Source: Pseudomonadota bacterium
GTDB taxonomy: Bacteria; Pseudomonadota; Gammaproteobacteria; Steroidobacterales; Woeseiaceae
NCBI GenBank assembly: GCA_039033995.1
Contig: JBCCBP010000001.1
Location: 22,201-86,200 of the forward strand
Length of the DNA stretch: 64,000 nt
Direction: 5' to 3'
The notes beneath the pieces were generated by a model. The model saw nothing but the letters and a program-made list of their open reading frames with translations, did no database searches and had not been told where the DNA came from. Both the position numbers and the translations under genes were made by a program. The first letter of the stretch is position 1; each line of letters begins with the position of its first letter. Of the stretch, positions 40,374 to 52,706 are shown piece by piece.

Positions 40374-41198
40374 GGCTGTGGGCGCTTCGAGGTCTGCGGC
40401 GTTCGCCAGATCAACCGCCGGGTAGCAGCGCTGAATGATCTCTGGCATCACCGCTTCGGAGATGAAAAACCCCTGCATTTTGTCGCAGCTGATTTCTTTC
40501 AGGAATTCAAAGGTGGCCTGATCTTCAACGCCCTCGGCACAGACGGTCGCACCGAGTGCGTGTGCCATGCCGGTGACGGCAGCGAGTGCATGCCGCGTGA
40601 CGATATTGTCGCGGGCCTGAGTTAGCAGGTTGGCGTGAATCTTGATCTCATCGAAATCGAGCTTCGCGAACGCGCTGAGCGCTTCTCGTGCTGCGCCGAA
40701 GTCATCCAGTGACATGCGAAAGCCCTTGCGGCGCAGCGCACCGATCGTTTCGCTGAACTGGTCTTCGGTGCCCGCGATGCCACTCTGCGCCACTTCAAAG
40801 GTAATGGCATCACACGGCAGGCCGTACTCACCGACAATGTTCTCGTAGTGGTCCGCGATTGCCATGTCGACCAACAACGATGAGTCGAGATTGACACAGC
40901 CGTTTAGCTGCAGACCGTTCTTGCGCCACGCGGTCAGCTGGCGCAGCGTGTTACGCAACACATACTCGGCGATCGCTGGCATGATGCCGGCAGCCACTGC
41001 CTGCGGCAGGAATTCCATGGGCGCGAGCCGACCGTGCTCAGGATGCAGCCAACGAATCAACGCTTCCGCCTCGGTCGTGACCCAATCGACGTAACCCGTC
41101 GGTCGCGACATTTTGGGCTGATATTGGATCAGAAACTGATCCTCAGCGATCGCTTGTTCCAATTCAGCGCGAGAAATTTCAATCATGTCGGAGGTCAT
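40362..41198 (-). CDS. Stand-alone EAL-domain protein (putative c-di-GMP phosphodiesterase)
   Basis: QYQPK, EALIRW, NLDSS, SLDDFG and a KIHANL-type block. No sensor domain is visible (278 aa). Confidence 0.85.
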   Translation of the reverse strand: MTSDMIEISRAELEQAIAEDQFLIQYQPKMSRPTGYVDWVTTEAEALIRWLHPEHGRLAPMEFLPQAVAAGIMPAIAEYVLRNTLRQLTAWRKNGLQLNGCVNLDSSLLVDMAIADHYENIVGEYGLPCDAITFEVAQSGIAGTEDQFSETIGALRRKGFRMSLDDFGAAREALSAFAKLDFDEIKIHANLLTQARDNIVTRHALAAVTGMAHALGATVCAEGVEDQATFEFLKEISCDKMQGFFISEAVMPEIIQRCYPAVDLANAADLEAPTAEAG

Positions 41199-41405
41199 TG
41201 CCTGTGGGTGGTTGTTGCCGGCAGTCTGTATTCGTAGCGGTTTTTAGCCTCGAAACTTTAGTCGAAGCTGACGTGCGCGTCTGTGCGATAGATCGCATAT
41301 GCGGAAATCTCTAGATCTCTGCCAGTGGCCCGCTGCGACGAATTTGACGGAATACAGCGATATCGCTGTTTTGCCTAAAAAACACGGGTTTTTTACGTCG
41401 TTTGG

Positions 41406-41434
41406 TTGCCGCGACGGTGCCGAGCCTTTATACT
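41406..41434 (+). promoter_or_regulatory. Sigma70 promoter candidate for the atp operon
   Basis: TTGCCG, 17 nt spacer, TATACT, about 50 nt upstream of the proposed atpI start. Confidence 0.35.
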
Positions 41435-41484
41435 GCCGCCGCTCAGACACCCACGCCTGGTGGCACGTTCAGGGAGAGCGCATC

Positions 41485-41865
41485 TTGCGACTATCGTCCG
41501 TACCCGCCCGCGTTGTCGTGTGGCAGGTTGCCGTCGGCTGTGTCGGAGCAATGATTTGGCTGTTGCATAGCCCACAGGCTGCACTCGCCGCTCTCGCTGG
41601 AGGGGTTGGAAGCGCGCTTTTGAGTATGCATTTCGCCGCCCGGGTATTTTCCCGAACGGAATTAGCGCCGCCGCAAAGTATTGTGGCGGCATTTTATCGC
41701 GCCGAGGCATTTAAACTGCTGTCGGCTGCATTGATGTTCGGCCTGATGGCCAAGTATTTTGCAGAATGGTTCGTACCCTTTCTGAGCACATTTGCGGCAA
41801 CGCTCGCGGTGTTTTTCGTGGCCCTGCTTTGGGTCGTCAGCGATGGTACGAAAGAGTCAGGTTGA
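41485..41865 (+). CDS. atpI: ATP synthase protein I
   Basis: A small 4-TM hydrophobic protein directly upstream of atpB. The start is placed at the TTG preceded by AGGGAGAG; the ORF-track start at 41299 would add a non-hydrophobic extension. Confidence 0.65.
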   Translation: MRLSSVPARVVVWQVAVGCVGAMIWLLHSPQAALAALAGGVGSALLSMHFAARVFSRTELAPPQSIVAAFYRAEAFKLLSAALMFGLMAKYFAEWFVPFLSTFAATLAVFFVALLWVVSDGTKESG

Positions 41866-41924
41866 CACACTTTAAGTGGGTTCCGTTTGTCCTTATATAA
41901 GGAGTGCGTGGCCGACTTTGGTAA

Positions 41925-43028
<1,104 letters not shown>

Positions 43029-43079
43029 TTCCGGTTTTCTTCGCTTTACCCACCCACTGATTGCTGAGGGAGTAGGCAA

Positions 43080-43547
43080 ATGTCGATGACGACATTGATA
43101 GGCCAGAGCATCACGTTCCTGATTTTTGTACTGGTCGTGATGAAAAAGGTTTGGCCGCCATTGATGGACGCCGTAGAAGAGCGTCGTCAGAAAATCGCCG
43201 ATGGCCTTGCTGCTGCGGAACGCGGCCAGCAAGACCTGGCCAAGGCCGAGTCCAAGGTCGATGAGCTTGTCAACGAAGCACGTGGTCAGGCTGCCGAGAT
43301 CCTGGATCAGGCGCGGGCACGGGCGAACGAGATCATTGCCGAGGGTAAGGCAGAAGGCCAGCGTGAGCGCGAGCGGCAGTTGGCCGCTGCCAACGCCGAG
43401 ATCGAGCAGGAAACTAACCGGGTACGCGAAGAATTGCGTGGCCAGGTCTCAGCCATCGCGTTGGCGAGTGCTGAGAAAATCCTGAAGCGCGAGATCGATG
43501 GCAATGCCCATGAAGATCTGCTGAAAGATCTGGCGCAACAGATCTAA
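43080..43547 (+). CDS. atpF: F0F1 ATP synthase subunit b
   Basis: An N-terminal TM helix followed by a long charged coiled coil, in operon position. Confidence 0.93.
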   Translation: MSMTTLIGQSITFLIFVLVVMKKVWPPLMDAVEERRQKIADGLAAAERGQQDLAKAESKVDELVNEARGQAAEILDQARARANEIIAEGKAEGQRERERQLAAANAEIEQETNRVREELRGQVSAIALASAEKILKREIDGNAHEDLLKDLAQQI

Positions 43548-43567
43548 GCGGGGGCGTAGGTAAGCCA

Positions 43568-44128
43568 ATGGCAGAAAACAACACTTTGGCACGGCCATAC
43601 GCACAGGCTCTGTTTGAGCTCGCGGGCGCTGCCGGGTCGATGGCTGACTGGGCTGAATCGTTGCAGGCGCTCGCGCCGGTCGCGGCGACGCCAGAGTTTG
43701 AGGCGGCTGCCAGCAACCCGCGGATGAGCAGTGCGCAGGTTCTGGAGTTTATCCAGTCCCTGTCGATGCAGGTGCCCGGTGCGAGTGTGTTTGGCGGCGG
43801 CAATAGCGAAGCAGATAATTTTCTGCGCCTGTTGATTGAAAACGATCGGCTCACTCTGTTGCCCGAAATCGCTGAGCGGTTTGTGCTGTTGAAAGACGCT
43901 GCGGAGAATACGGTCGATGTCACATTGACGACGGCTGCTGATATATCCGATGGCGAGCTATCCAGCATCACGCAAGCGTTGAAATCGCGTCTGGGTCGCG
44001 AAGTCAATGTCACCACGACTACCAACAAAGACCTAATTGGCGGTGCGATTATCCGCGCCGGTGATTTCGTTATCGACGGTTCAGTACGTTCGCAGCTCGA
44101 CAAGATGACTGCGGTACTGAGCAAGTAA
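43568..44128 (+). CDS. atpH: F0F1 ATP synthase subunit delta
   Basis: N-terminus LARPYAQALFELA…, C-terminus …GGAIIRAGDFVIDGSVRSQL…. Confidence 0.93.
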   Translation: MAENNTLARPYAQALFELAGAAGSMADWAESLQALAPVAATPEFEAAASNPRMSSAQVLEFIQSLSMQVPGASVFGGGNSEADNFLRLLIENDRLTLLPEIAERFVLLKDAAENTVDVTLTTAADISDGELSSITQALKSRLGREVNVTTTTNKDLIGGAIIRAGDFVIDGSVRSQLDKMTAVLSK

Positions 44129-44140
44129 AAGGAACGAGAC

Positions 44141-45682
44141 ATGTCACTTAAAGCGTCTGAAATCAGTGAGCTGATTAAAGAACGAATCAAGAACTACGAC
44201 GCCGCTGCTGAAGCGCGCGACGTAGGTACCGTGATCGGGGTATCGGACGGTATCACACGGATCCACGGGCTGACCGATGCTCGCTACGGCGAGATGTTGG
44301 AATTCCCTGGTAACACGTTTGGCCTCGCGCTGAACCTGGAGCAGGATTCAGTGGGTGCGGTTGTCCTGGGTGACTACAAGCACATTTCAGAAGGCGACAA
44401 CGTCAAGACGACCGGTCGTATTCTTGAAGTGCCAGTGGGTGAGGCATTGCTCGGCCGCGTTGTAAATTCACTGGGTGAGCCGATCGACGGCAAGGGTCCG
44501 ATCAACACCGAAACCACGTCGCCGATTGAAAAAGTGGCCCCAGGCGTGATCGACCGTAAATCGGTCGACCAGCCGGTACAGACAGGCCTGAAGGCGATTG
44601 ATGCGATGGTGCCGATTGGTCGCGGTCAGCGTGAGCTGATCATTGGTGACCGCCAAACCGGTAAGACGGCTGTCGCGATCGATGCGATCATCAACCAGAA
44701 GGGCACCGGCATTAAATGTATTTACGTTGCCGTTGGCCAGAAGGACTCTTCGGTGGCTGCCGTGGTGCGTAAGCTCGAAGAAGAAGGTGCGATGGATCAC
44801 ACCATCGTTGTTAACGCGTCAGCGGCTCAATCACCCGCGATGCAGTACATTGCGCCGTATGCGGGTACGTCGATGGGCGAGTTTTTCCGTGACCGCGGTG
44901 AAGACGCGCTGATTATCTTCGATGATCTCACCAAGCAGGCGATGGCCTATCGTCAGGTATCGCTGTTGCTACGTCGTCCGCCGGGTCGTGAAGCGTACCC
45001 TGGTGACGTTTTCTACTTGCACTCCCGCTTGTTGGAGCGCGCAGCGCGCGTGAACGACAAATTTGTCGAAGAACAAACCAACGGCGAAGTGAAAGGCAAG
45101 ACCGGTTCTCTGACAGCACTGCCGATCATCGAAACGCAAGCCGGTGACGTATCGGCGTTCGTTCCGACGAACGTGATCTCGATTACCGATGGTCAGATCT
45201 TCCTGGAAACCGATTTGTTCAACGCGGGTATTCGTCCGGCGATCAACGCGGGTCTGTCGGTCTCTCGTGTGGGCGGTTCTGCACAGACCAAGATTATCAA
45301 GAAGCTCGGCGGTGGTGTTCGTCTGGCACTGGCGCAGTATCGTGAGCTCGCAGCCTTCGCACAGTTTGCGTCGGACCTCGATGAAGCGACTCGCAAGCAG
45401 TTGGAGCGCGGTCAGCGCGTGACCGAGCTGATGAAACAGAAGCAGTACTCACCGCTGTCAGTCGGCGAAATGGCGTTGTCGCTGTTTGCTGCCAACGAGG
45501 GATTCCTCGATGACGTGCCGGTTGAGAAAGTGGTCGATTATGAAGAAGCGATGCATGACTTTGCGCGCACGTCCCATGGCGACCTGCTGGAGAAAATTAA
45601 CAGCACCGGCGATTTCAGCGACGAGATCAAGGCTGGTATGACAGCGGCACTCGAAGCCTTCAAATCGACCGGCGTTTACTAG
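44141..45682 (+). CDS. atpA: F0F1 ATP synthase subunit alpha
   Basis: Walker A GDRQTGKT; conserved throughout. Confidence 0.98.
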   Translation: MSLKASEISELIKERIKNYDAAAEARDVGTVIGVSDGITRIHGLTDARYGEMLEFPGNTFGLALNLEQDSVGAVVLGDYKHISEGDNVKTTGRILEVPVGEALLGRVVNSLGEPIDGKGPINTETTSPIEKVAPGVIDRKSVDQPVQTGLKAIDAMVPIGRGQRELIIGDRQTGKTAVAIDAIINQKGTGIKCIYVAVGQKDSSVAAVVRKLEEEGAMDHTIVVNASAAQSPAMQYIAPYAGTSMGEFFRDRGEDALIIFDDLTKQAMAYRQVSLLLRRPPGREAYPGDVFYLHSRLLERAARVNDKFVEEQTNGEVKGKTGSLTALPIIETQAGDVSAFVPTNVISITDGQIFLETDLFNAGIRPAINAGLSVSRVGGSAQTKIIKKLGGGVRLALAQYRELAAFAQFASDLDEATRKQLERGQRVTELMKQKQYSPLSVGEMALSLFAANEGFLDDVPVEKVVDYEEAMHDFARTSHGDLLEKINSTGDFSDEIKAGMTAALEAFKSTGVY

Positions 45683-45718
45683 GCTTACGGTTCTCTCTGG
45701 CACTAATTCGGAAAGCGA

Positions 45719-46588
45719 ATGGCAAGCGAAAAAGAAATACGCACCAAGATCAAGAGCGTCAAAAGCACGCAGAAGATCACCCGCGCGATGGAAATGGTTG
45801 CGGCCAGCAAAATTCGCAAGGCGCAACAGCAAATGGAGGCGTCTCGCCCCTATGCTGAGCGCATCCGCAATGTGATCGCTCACTTGTCGGAGGCAAACCC
45901 GGACTATCGCCATCCATGGTTGGATGAGCGTGAGGTCAAGCGGGTTGGCTACATCGTCGTCTCATCGGACCGCGGTCTGTGCGGTGGCCTGAACGTGAAC
46001 CTGTTCAAGCTGCTGATCGCCGAGATGACCGAGTGGCAAAACCAGGGCGTCGAGGTTGAGCTGGCTTTGATCGGCTCGAAAGCGGTGCAGCTGTTTAATC
46101 GTTTGGGTGGCAGCGTGAAGGCGACAGTCACGCAACTGGGTGATCGTCCGCAAATGAACGACTTGCTTGGACTGATCAAGGTTATGCTGGACTTGTACAG
46201 CGACGGCGATATCGATCGGCTGTACCTGACGCACAACCAGTTCGTTAGCGCGATCAGCCAGAAACCAAAATCGGTCACGCTGCTGCCGGTTAGTGAGATC
46301 GAAAGCGAAGACGTGCTGCAGCAGCATTGGGATTACATCTACGAGCCAGAAGCCGCAGAGCTGCTCGACGACGTCCTGATGCGTTATATCGAGTCGCAGA
46401 TTTATCGCGGCGTTGTCGAAAACTATGCCTGTGAAATGGCAGCCAAGATGGTCGCGATGAAGAGCGCGACCGACAACGCAGGCGACCTGATCGACTCGCT
46501 GCAACTGCAGTACAACAAAGCCCGTCAGGCAGCGATTACGCAGGAAATTAGTGAGATTGTCGGTGGCGCCGCTGCGGTTAGCGGCTAG
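45719..46588 (+). CDS. atpG: F0F1 ATP synthase subunit gamma
   Basis: [27 protein letters not shown]… and the C-terminal …[15 protein letters not shown]. Confidence 0.96.
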   Translation: MASEKEIRTKIKSVKSTQKITRAMEMVAASKIRKAQQQMEASRPYAERIRNVIAHLSEANPDYRHPWLDEREVKRVGYIVVSSDRGLCGGLNVNLFKLLIAEMTEWQNQGVEVELALIGSKAVQLFNRLGGSVKATVTQLGDRPQMNDLLGLIKVMLDLYSDGDIDRLYLTHNQFVSAISQKPKSVTLLPVSEIESEDVLQQHWDYIYEPEAAELLDDVLMRYIESQIYRGVVENYACEMAAKMVAMKSATDNAGDLIDSLQLQYNKARQAAITQEISEIVGGAAAVSG

Positions 46589-46655
46589 CGGATCGACGAC
46601 GAACAAGCATTTAACATTGGCGATAGCCCAGCTATCGAATGAGATTGAGGAATAG

Positions 46656-48041
<1,386 letters not shown>

Positions 48042-48043
48042 GC

Positions 48044-48460
48044 ATGGCGACACTGAACGTCGACATCGTTTCTGCCGAAGGTCAGATCTATTCCGGTGCT
48101 GCCGGGATGGTGTTTGCACCCGCGGGCATGGGCGAGATTGGTATCGCGCCGCGTCACGCGCCGCTGCTGACGGCATTGCGCCCCGGCGAAGTGCGTGTGC
48201 TCGACACGGATGGCAATGAACAGTTCTTCTACATCACTGGTGGCATGATCGAAGTGCAACCGACGATGGTGACGATACTGGCCGACACCGCGCTGCGCGG
48301 CGACGAGCTCGACGAAGCCGCCGCGCTGGAAGCCCAGGAAGCTGCGCGCGAGGCACTCGAAAACGCATCGGAAACCACCGATCTGAAACGTGCCCAGGAA
48401 GAACTCGCGGAGGCAGCGGCTCGTTATCGTGCCGCACAAAAACTGAAGGCGGGTCGTTAA
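48044..48460 (+). CDS. atpC: F0F1 ATP synthase subunit epsilon
   Basis: 138 aa, beginning …LNVDIVSAEGQIYSG…, immediately after atpD. Confidence 0.94.
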   Translation: MATLNVDIVSAEGQIYSGAAGMVFAPAGMGEIGIAPRHAPLLTALRPGEVRVLDTDGNEQFFYITGGMIEVQPTMVTILADTALRGDELDEAAALEAQEAAREALENASETTDLKRAQEELAEAAARYRAAQKLKAGR

Positions 48461-48503
48461 GATCAGCCGGTCGAGCCTGAGCGACTCACTCACCTTCTCT
48501 GTT

Positions 48504-48532
48504 GTCCCGCCGAATCAGGCGGCGACGTTTTC
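48504..48532 (+). terminator. Terminator candidate for the atp operon
   Basis: GTCCCGCC-GAATCA-GGCGGCGAC followed by GTTTTCT. The stem is imperfect. Confidence 0.45.
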
Positions 48533-48548
48533 TGCCTTCGCGCGACGC

Positions 48549-49004
48549 TTGTTCGTCAATACCTACGCGGCGCAGAACGCGAACAATCAGGTCAACTTCG
48601 ATGCTTATCTGGCGGAGTCCTTTTCCCCGGATATTCAACGATCGGAATTATCCGATCCGGCGAAGATCACCATCTGGGCGACCAACGACACCGGCCCCGC
48701 CGGGTATTACCAGCTGGTATTCGATCGATCGGCACCGGTCGACCTCAATGTCGCCAGCGTCTGCGAGTTGAAACGGTTCTACGTGGATCAGCCCTGGCAG
48801 GGCTCAGGCCTTGCCTATCGTCAAATAGAACACGCGATCGATCAGGCACGCGCGCGAGCGGATGGATTGTGGCTCGGCGTCTGGTCCGAGAACGCCCACG
48901 CGATACGCTTTTACTCACGCGCCGGCTTGCAACGGCGTGGTGAGGTGACCTTTCATCTGGGGGCCGATCCGCAGCAGGATGATGTCTACGCGCTGACCTG
49001 GTAG
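48549..49004 (+). CDS. GNAT-family N-acetyltransferase
   Basis: Acetyl-CoA motif A …RFYVDQPWQGSGLAYRQI… and …AIRFYSRAGL…. TTG start as on the track. Confidence 0.7.
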   Translation: MFVNTYAAQNANNQVNFDAYLAESFSPDIQRSELSDPAKITIWATNDTGPAGYYQLVFDRSAPVDLNVASVCELKRFYVDQPWQGSGLAYRQIEHAIDQARARADGLWLGVWSENAHAIRFYSRAGLQRRGEVTFHLGADPQQDDVYALTW

Positions 49005-49079
49005 GCGGTGCGCGGCCGAATTCTGCTAGGCTTTCGGCATGACCATCGGTATTGCGACTCGTGCCAGGCTGCGTATTCA

Positions 49080-49766
49080 GTGACGACGTTATTGTTATTG
49101 CCTGGCTTTGACGGCACCGGCGAATTGTTCTCGCCACTGGTCGCAGCACTGGAAGATACGTTTGTTGTGCAGACCGTTCGTTATGCAGACTCGCGCACGT
49201 TAGCCGGCTATCAGACGACTGTGCTGGAAGCCTGCCCGACGGACGACCCCGTCATCGTCGTGGCCGAATCGTTCTCCGGTCCGATTGGATTGCAGTTTCT
49301 CGCCAATGCCCCGGCCAACGTCATCGGTGGTGTCTTTTCGGCGACCTTCGCCAAGCCGCCACTGGCGCTGATTATTTCACTGGCCGAAAAACTACGCCTC
49401 GCTTCATTAACGATCCCGGCGGTGAGCGAACAGATCCTGCGCTGGTTCTGTCTGAATGGCGTGAGCGACCTCAGCCTGATCAGGGATATCACCACCGTCG
49501 TGCGGCGCGTCGGCGGCCGAACGGTCCAGAGTCGCCTCGCAGCGTTGAACGCGATGGACGCTACGCCGGTCTTGTCCGAGATTCGCACGCCGCTCATGAC
49601 GATCGCGGCCGGCAATGATCGGGTCATTCGTCAGCGCTATATGAAGCCGATTCTCGATGCGCCAGCGCACCGACAGCACGTGACGGTCGATGGGCCGCAT
49701 TTGTTACTGCAAACCCGTGCCGAACAAGTCGCCGAGGCCATCCATGCTTTTGCCGGCTCGCTATGA
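49080..49766 (+). CDS. Alpha/beta-fold hydrolase
   Basis: …LLLLPGFDGTGELF…, a nucleophile-elbow-like VAESFSGP, and a C-terminal …DGPHLLLQ… His. The start is placed at an internal GTG; the track start is 49008. Confidence 0.65.
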   Translation: MTTLLLLPGFDGTGELFSPLVAALEDTFVVQTVRYADSRTLAGYQTTVLEACPTDDPVIVVAESFSGPIGLQFLANAPANVIGGVFSATFAKPPLALIISLAEKLRLASLTIPAVSEQILRWFCLNGVSDLSLIRDITTVVRRVGGRTVQSRLAALNAMDATPVLSEIRTPLMTIAAGNDRVIRQRYMKPILDAPAHRQHVTVDGPHLLLQTRAEQVAEAIHAFAGSL

Positions 49767-49868
49767 CCGATCTGGCCGCTTTGCTAATCCCCGCAGCGAG
49801 ACTTAAGATACAGCGCGCTTGAACACGACGATGGTCAGGCACTGTAGACAACGAATAAAGAAGCATTC

Positions 49869-50639
49869 ATGGCACTAGCGAAAGAAACGGTGTTGGATAT
49901 CCATCACTGGAACGACACCTTATTCAGCTTTAGGACGACCCGATCTGACAGTTTTCGGTTTGAAAATGGTCACTTCGTCATGGTCGGACTGATGGTAGAC
50001 GGCAAGCCATTGCTGCGCGCTTACAGTATCGCGAGCCCGAATTACGAAGATCACCTCGAGTTTTTCAGCATCAAAGTGCAGGATGGTCCGCTGACGTCCC
50101 GCCTGCAGCATATCGAGGTCGGTGACGAAATTTTGGTGAGCAAAAAGCCCGTGGGCACGCTGGTCATCACGGATCTGAAGCCTGCCGATAATCTCTATCT
50201 GTTTGGCAGCGGTACCGGGCTCGCGCCGTATCTGGCGATTATCCGGGACCCGGAAACCTATGACCGCTTCAATAAAGTGATCGTCGTTCACAGTGTGCGT
50301 GAGGTCAGTGACCTCGCCTATCGCGCGTACATTACCGAGACTCTGCCAGAACACGAATACCTCGGAGAGCTGGTGCGAGACCAGCTGGTCTACTACCCCA
50401 CCGTCACGCGCGAAGACTTCGAACACACGGGTCGTATCACCGACATCGTACCGAACGGGCAGCTCGCTCGTGATACCGGCTTGCCACAACTGAATCCCGA
50501 AACTGACCGCGCGATGATTTGCGGTTCGCCGAGCATGTTAAAAGACACGGCCGCCATGTTGGACGAGCTAGGGTTTATCGCCTCGAAACGTATTGGTGAT
50601 GTCGCGCACTACGTGATCGAGCGCGCGTTCGTCGAATAG
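49869..50639 (+). CDS. fpr: Ferredoxin--NADP(+) reductase (bacterial Fpr type)
   Basis: …HWNDTLFSFRTTR…, the FAD motif RAYSIAS, the NADP motif LFGSGTGLAP, and the C-terminal …YVIERAFVE. Confidence 0.9.
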   Translation: MALAKETVLDIHHWNDTLFSFRTTRSDSFRFENGHFVMVGLMVDGKPLLRAYSIASPNYEDHLEFFSIKVQDGPLTSRLQHIEVGDEILVSKKPVGTLVITDLKPADNLYLFGSGTGLAPYLAIIRDPETYDRFNKVIVVHSVREVSDLAYRAYITETLPEHEYLGELVRDQLVYYPTVTREDFEHTGRITDIVPNGQLARDTGLPQLNPETDRAMICGSPSMLKDTAAMLDELGFIASKRIGDVAHYVIERAFVE

Positions 50640-50646
50640 TAATTGG

Positions 50647-51186
50647 CTAGTCGGCCTCGCCAGGCGGGTAGCCCCACGAGCCGATAATGCGAGTCTGCAC
50701 GCGATGGGCTTGCCAGTTCGGTAGCGCAGCCCGCCAGGCTTCGAACGCGTCGAGCTCAAGTTCCGCTGGCGCCGTCCATGATGGCTGTTCGAGATAGGTC
50801 CAGACGTACTCGTCTAAAAACCCCGCCGCCTCTGCATCGGCAACGGCATCCAGATAGTCGGCCTCCGCTGCGCGCTCTCCAAGGCCTGTGTCACCGTAAT
50901 CCAGCCAGCGATCCACCAGCGACTCGCGCGCACTCAACTCGCAGTCGAATGACGTATTCCGGGCCGGGTTGTCGCCGCCCATTTCAAGCTGACAGATGCT
51001 CTTACTGAGGCTGTAGGCGACCCAACTCTGTACCACCGGATCGTCACTGATCTCGGCGTAGGCAGGCAGTGCGAAACGACTGCCGTCGGTGACGCCGTCC
51101 CGCACGTACACCCTTGAATCACAGGCAGAAATCAGCCCGACAACAAGTAGGATCGCGCCCCCGAGTTTTGCAAAACTGTAACCCAT
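50647..51186 (-). CDS. Hypothetical lipoprotein
   Basis: Lipobox-like LISAC after a hydrophobic N-terminus. No family was recognised. It converges on fpr with a 7-nt gap. Confidence 0.55.
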   Translation of the reverse strand: MGYSFAKLGGAILLVVGLISACDSRVYVRDGVTDGSRFALPAYAEISDDPVVQSWVAYSLSKSICQLEMGGDNPARNTSFDCELSARESLVDRWLDYGDTGLGERAAEADYLDAVADAEAAGFLDEYVWTYLEQPSWTAPAELELDAFEAWRAALPNWQAHRVQTRIIGSWGYPPGEAD

Positions 51187-51248
51187 GTCCGGTAGCGTAC
51201 GTGCGTCCGTTCACAGGTTTCAAGCGCAGTCTGCGGTATCATTCGCTT

Positions 51249-52631
51249 ATGACAACAAGAACCCTTCCCCTGAGCGTCGTCGTGCTCGCGGCTGGCCGTG
51301 GCACGCGCATGAGATCCCGCCTGCCGAAAGTGCTGCAATTGCTGGCCGGAAAGCCGCTACTTGGCCATGTGCTGGATTTGTCGGCCACGATTGACGCGAA
51401 TCAGACGGTCATCGTCTACGGTCACGGTGGCGATGCGGTGCAAGCGGCGTTTACCGATCCGGCGCTGAAGTGGGCAGAACAGGCGGATCAGCTCGGCACC
51501 GGGCACGCGGTACAACAGGCGATGCCGCAGATCGCTGATGAGCATCGGGTGTTGATCCTCTGTGGCGATGTGCCGCTGTTGACGACCACCACGGTCGAGC
51601 GTTTGCTTGATGAAACCCCGGCTGACGCGGTGGGTGTGTTGACGGTCAAGGCACCGGAGCCTGCCGGCTATGGGCGGATTGTGCGCGATGCCACGGGCAA
51701 CGTGACCGCGATCGTCGAACAAAAAGATGCGACCCCTGAGCAAGTTGCTATCGATGAAATCAATTCTGGTGTTTTTGTTGTGCCGGCAGCGCCGTTGAAG
51801 CAATGGCTTGACCAGCTCAAACCGCAGAATGCGCAAGGTGAGTATTACCTGACCGACATTGTCGGACTGGCGGTCAACGATGGCATTGCTGTGCATGGCG
51901 TGATCAGCGGTGACATGGAGGAAATCTCCGGCATCAACGATCGCGTGCAGCTTGCCGAGGCGGAATGCGCGTTCCAGCGTCGTGCCGTACACGCACTGAT
52001 GCTGGACGGCGTACAGGTCGCCGATCCGCACCGCGTGGACATTCGTGGCACGGTGACTTGCGGGCAGGATGTCTTTCTGGACGTCAATACCGTTCTCATT
52101 GGTGATGTCACACTAGGGGACGGCGTACACGTCGGACCGAACTGTGTGATCACCGATAGCGAGATCGGCGCGGAGACCGAGCTGTTCCCGAACTGCGTTA
52201 TCGAGCAGTCCCGCATAGGTGCACATTGCCTTATCGGGCCCTATGCCCGCCTGCGTCCGGCCAACGAGTTGGCGGATCGCACCAAAGTCGGCAATTTTGT
52301 CGAGCTGAAGAAAAGCCAGATCGGCGAAGGCAGCAAGGTGAATCACCTGACCTACGTCGGCGATTCGATCGTGGGGCGGGATGTCAACATCGGTGCTGGC
52401 ACTATTACCTGTAACTACGACGGCGCGAACAAGCATCAGACGATCATTAACGATGGTGCCTTTATTGGCTCCGGTGTAGAACTGGTGGCGCCCGTTGAAG
52501 TGGGCGCGGGTGCGACTATTGGCGCGGGATCGACGATCGCCAAATCGGCACCGAGTGACCAACTGACATTGGAACGGGCGCGTCAACGCAGCATCGAAGG
52601 CTGGACGCGGCCGGTCAAGAACAAACGCTGA
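51249..52631 (+). CDS. glmU: Bifunctional UDP-N-acetylglucosamine pyrophosphorylase / GlcN-1-P acetyltransferase
   Basis: Trimmed to MTTRTLPLSVVVLAAGRGTRM.... The LAAGxGTRM motif is followed by a left-handed beta-helix hexapeptide region. Confidence 0.95.
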   Translation: MTTRTLPLSVVVLAAGRGTRMRSRLPKVLQLLAGKPLLGHVLDLSATIDANQTVIVYGHGGDAVQAAFTDPALKWAEQADQLGTGHAVQQAMPQIADEHRVLILCGDVPLLTTTTVERLLDETPADAVGVLTVKAPEPAGYGRIVRDATGNVTAIVEQKDATPEQVAIDEINSGVFVVPAAPLKQWLDQLKPQNAQGEYYLTDIVGLAVNDGIAVHGVISGDMEEISGINDRVQLAEAECAFQRRAVHALMLDGVQVADPHRVDIRGTVTCGQDVFLDVNTVLIGDVTLGDGVHVGPNCVITDSEIGAETELFPNCVIEQSRIGAHCLIGPYARLRPANELADRTKVGNFVELKKSQIGEGSKVNHLTYVGDSIVGRDVNIGAGTITCNYDGANKHQTIINDGAFIGSGVELVAPVEVGAGATIGAGSTIAKSAPSDQLTLERARQRSIEGWTRPVKNKR

Positions 52632-52706
52632 TTCGAAACGATACGAATCCAACAAAGAGAATAGGTCGGTGGGCATACAGCGCACCGCGGCAGGGAGACA
52701 ACTGAC

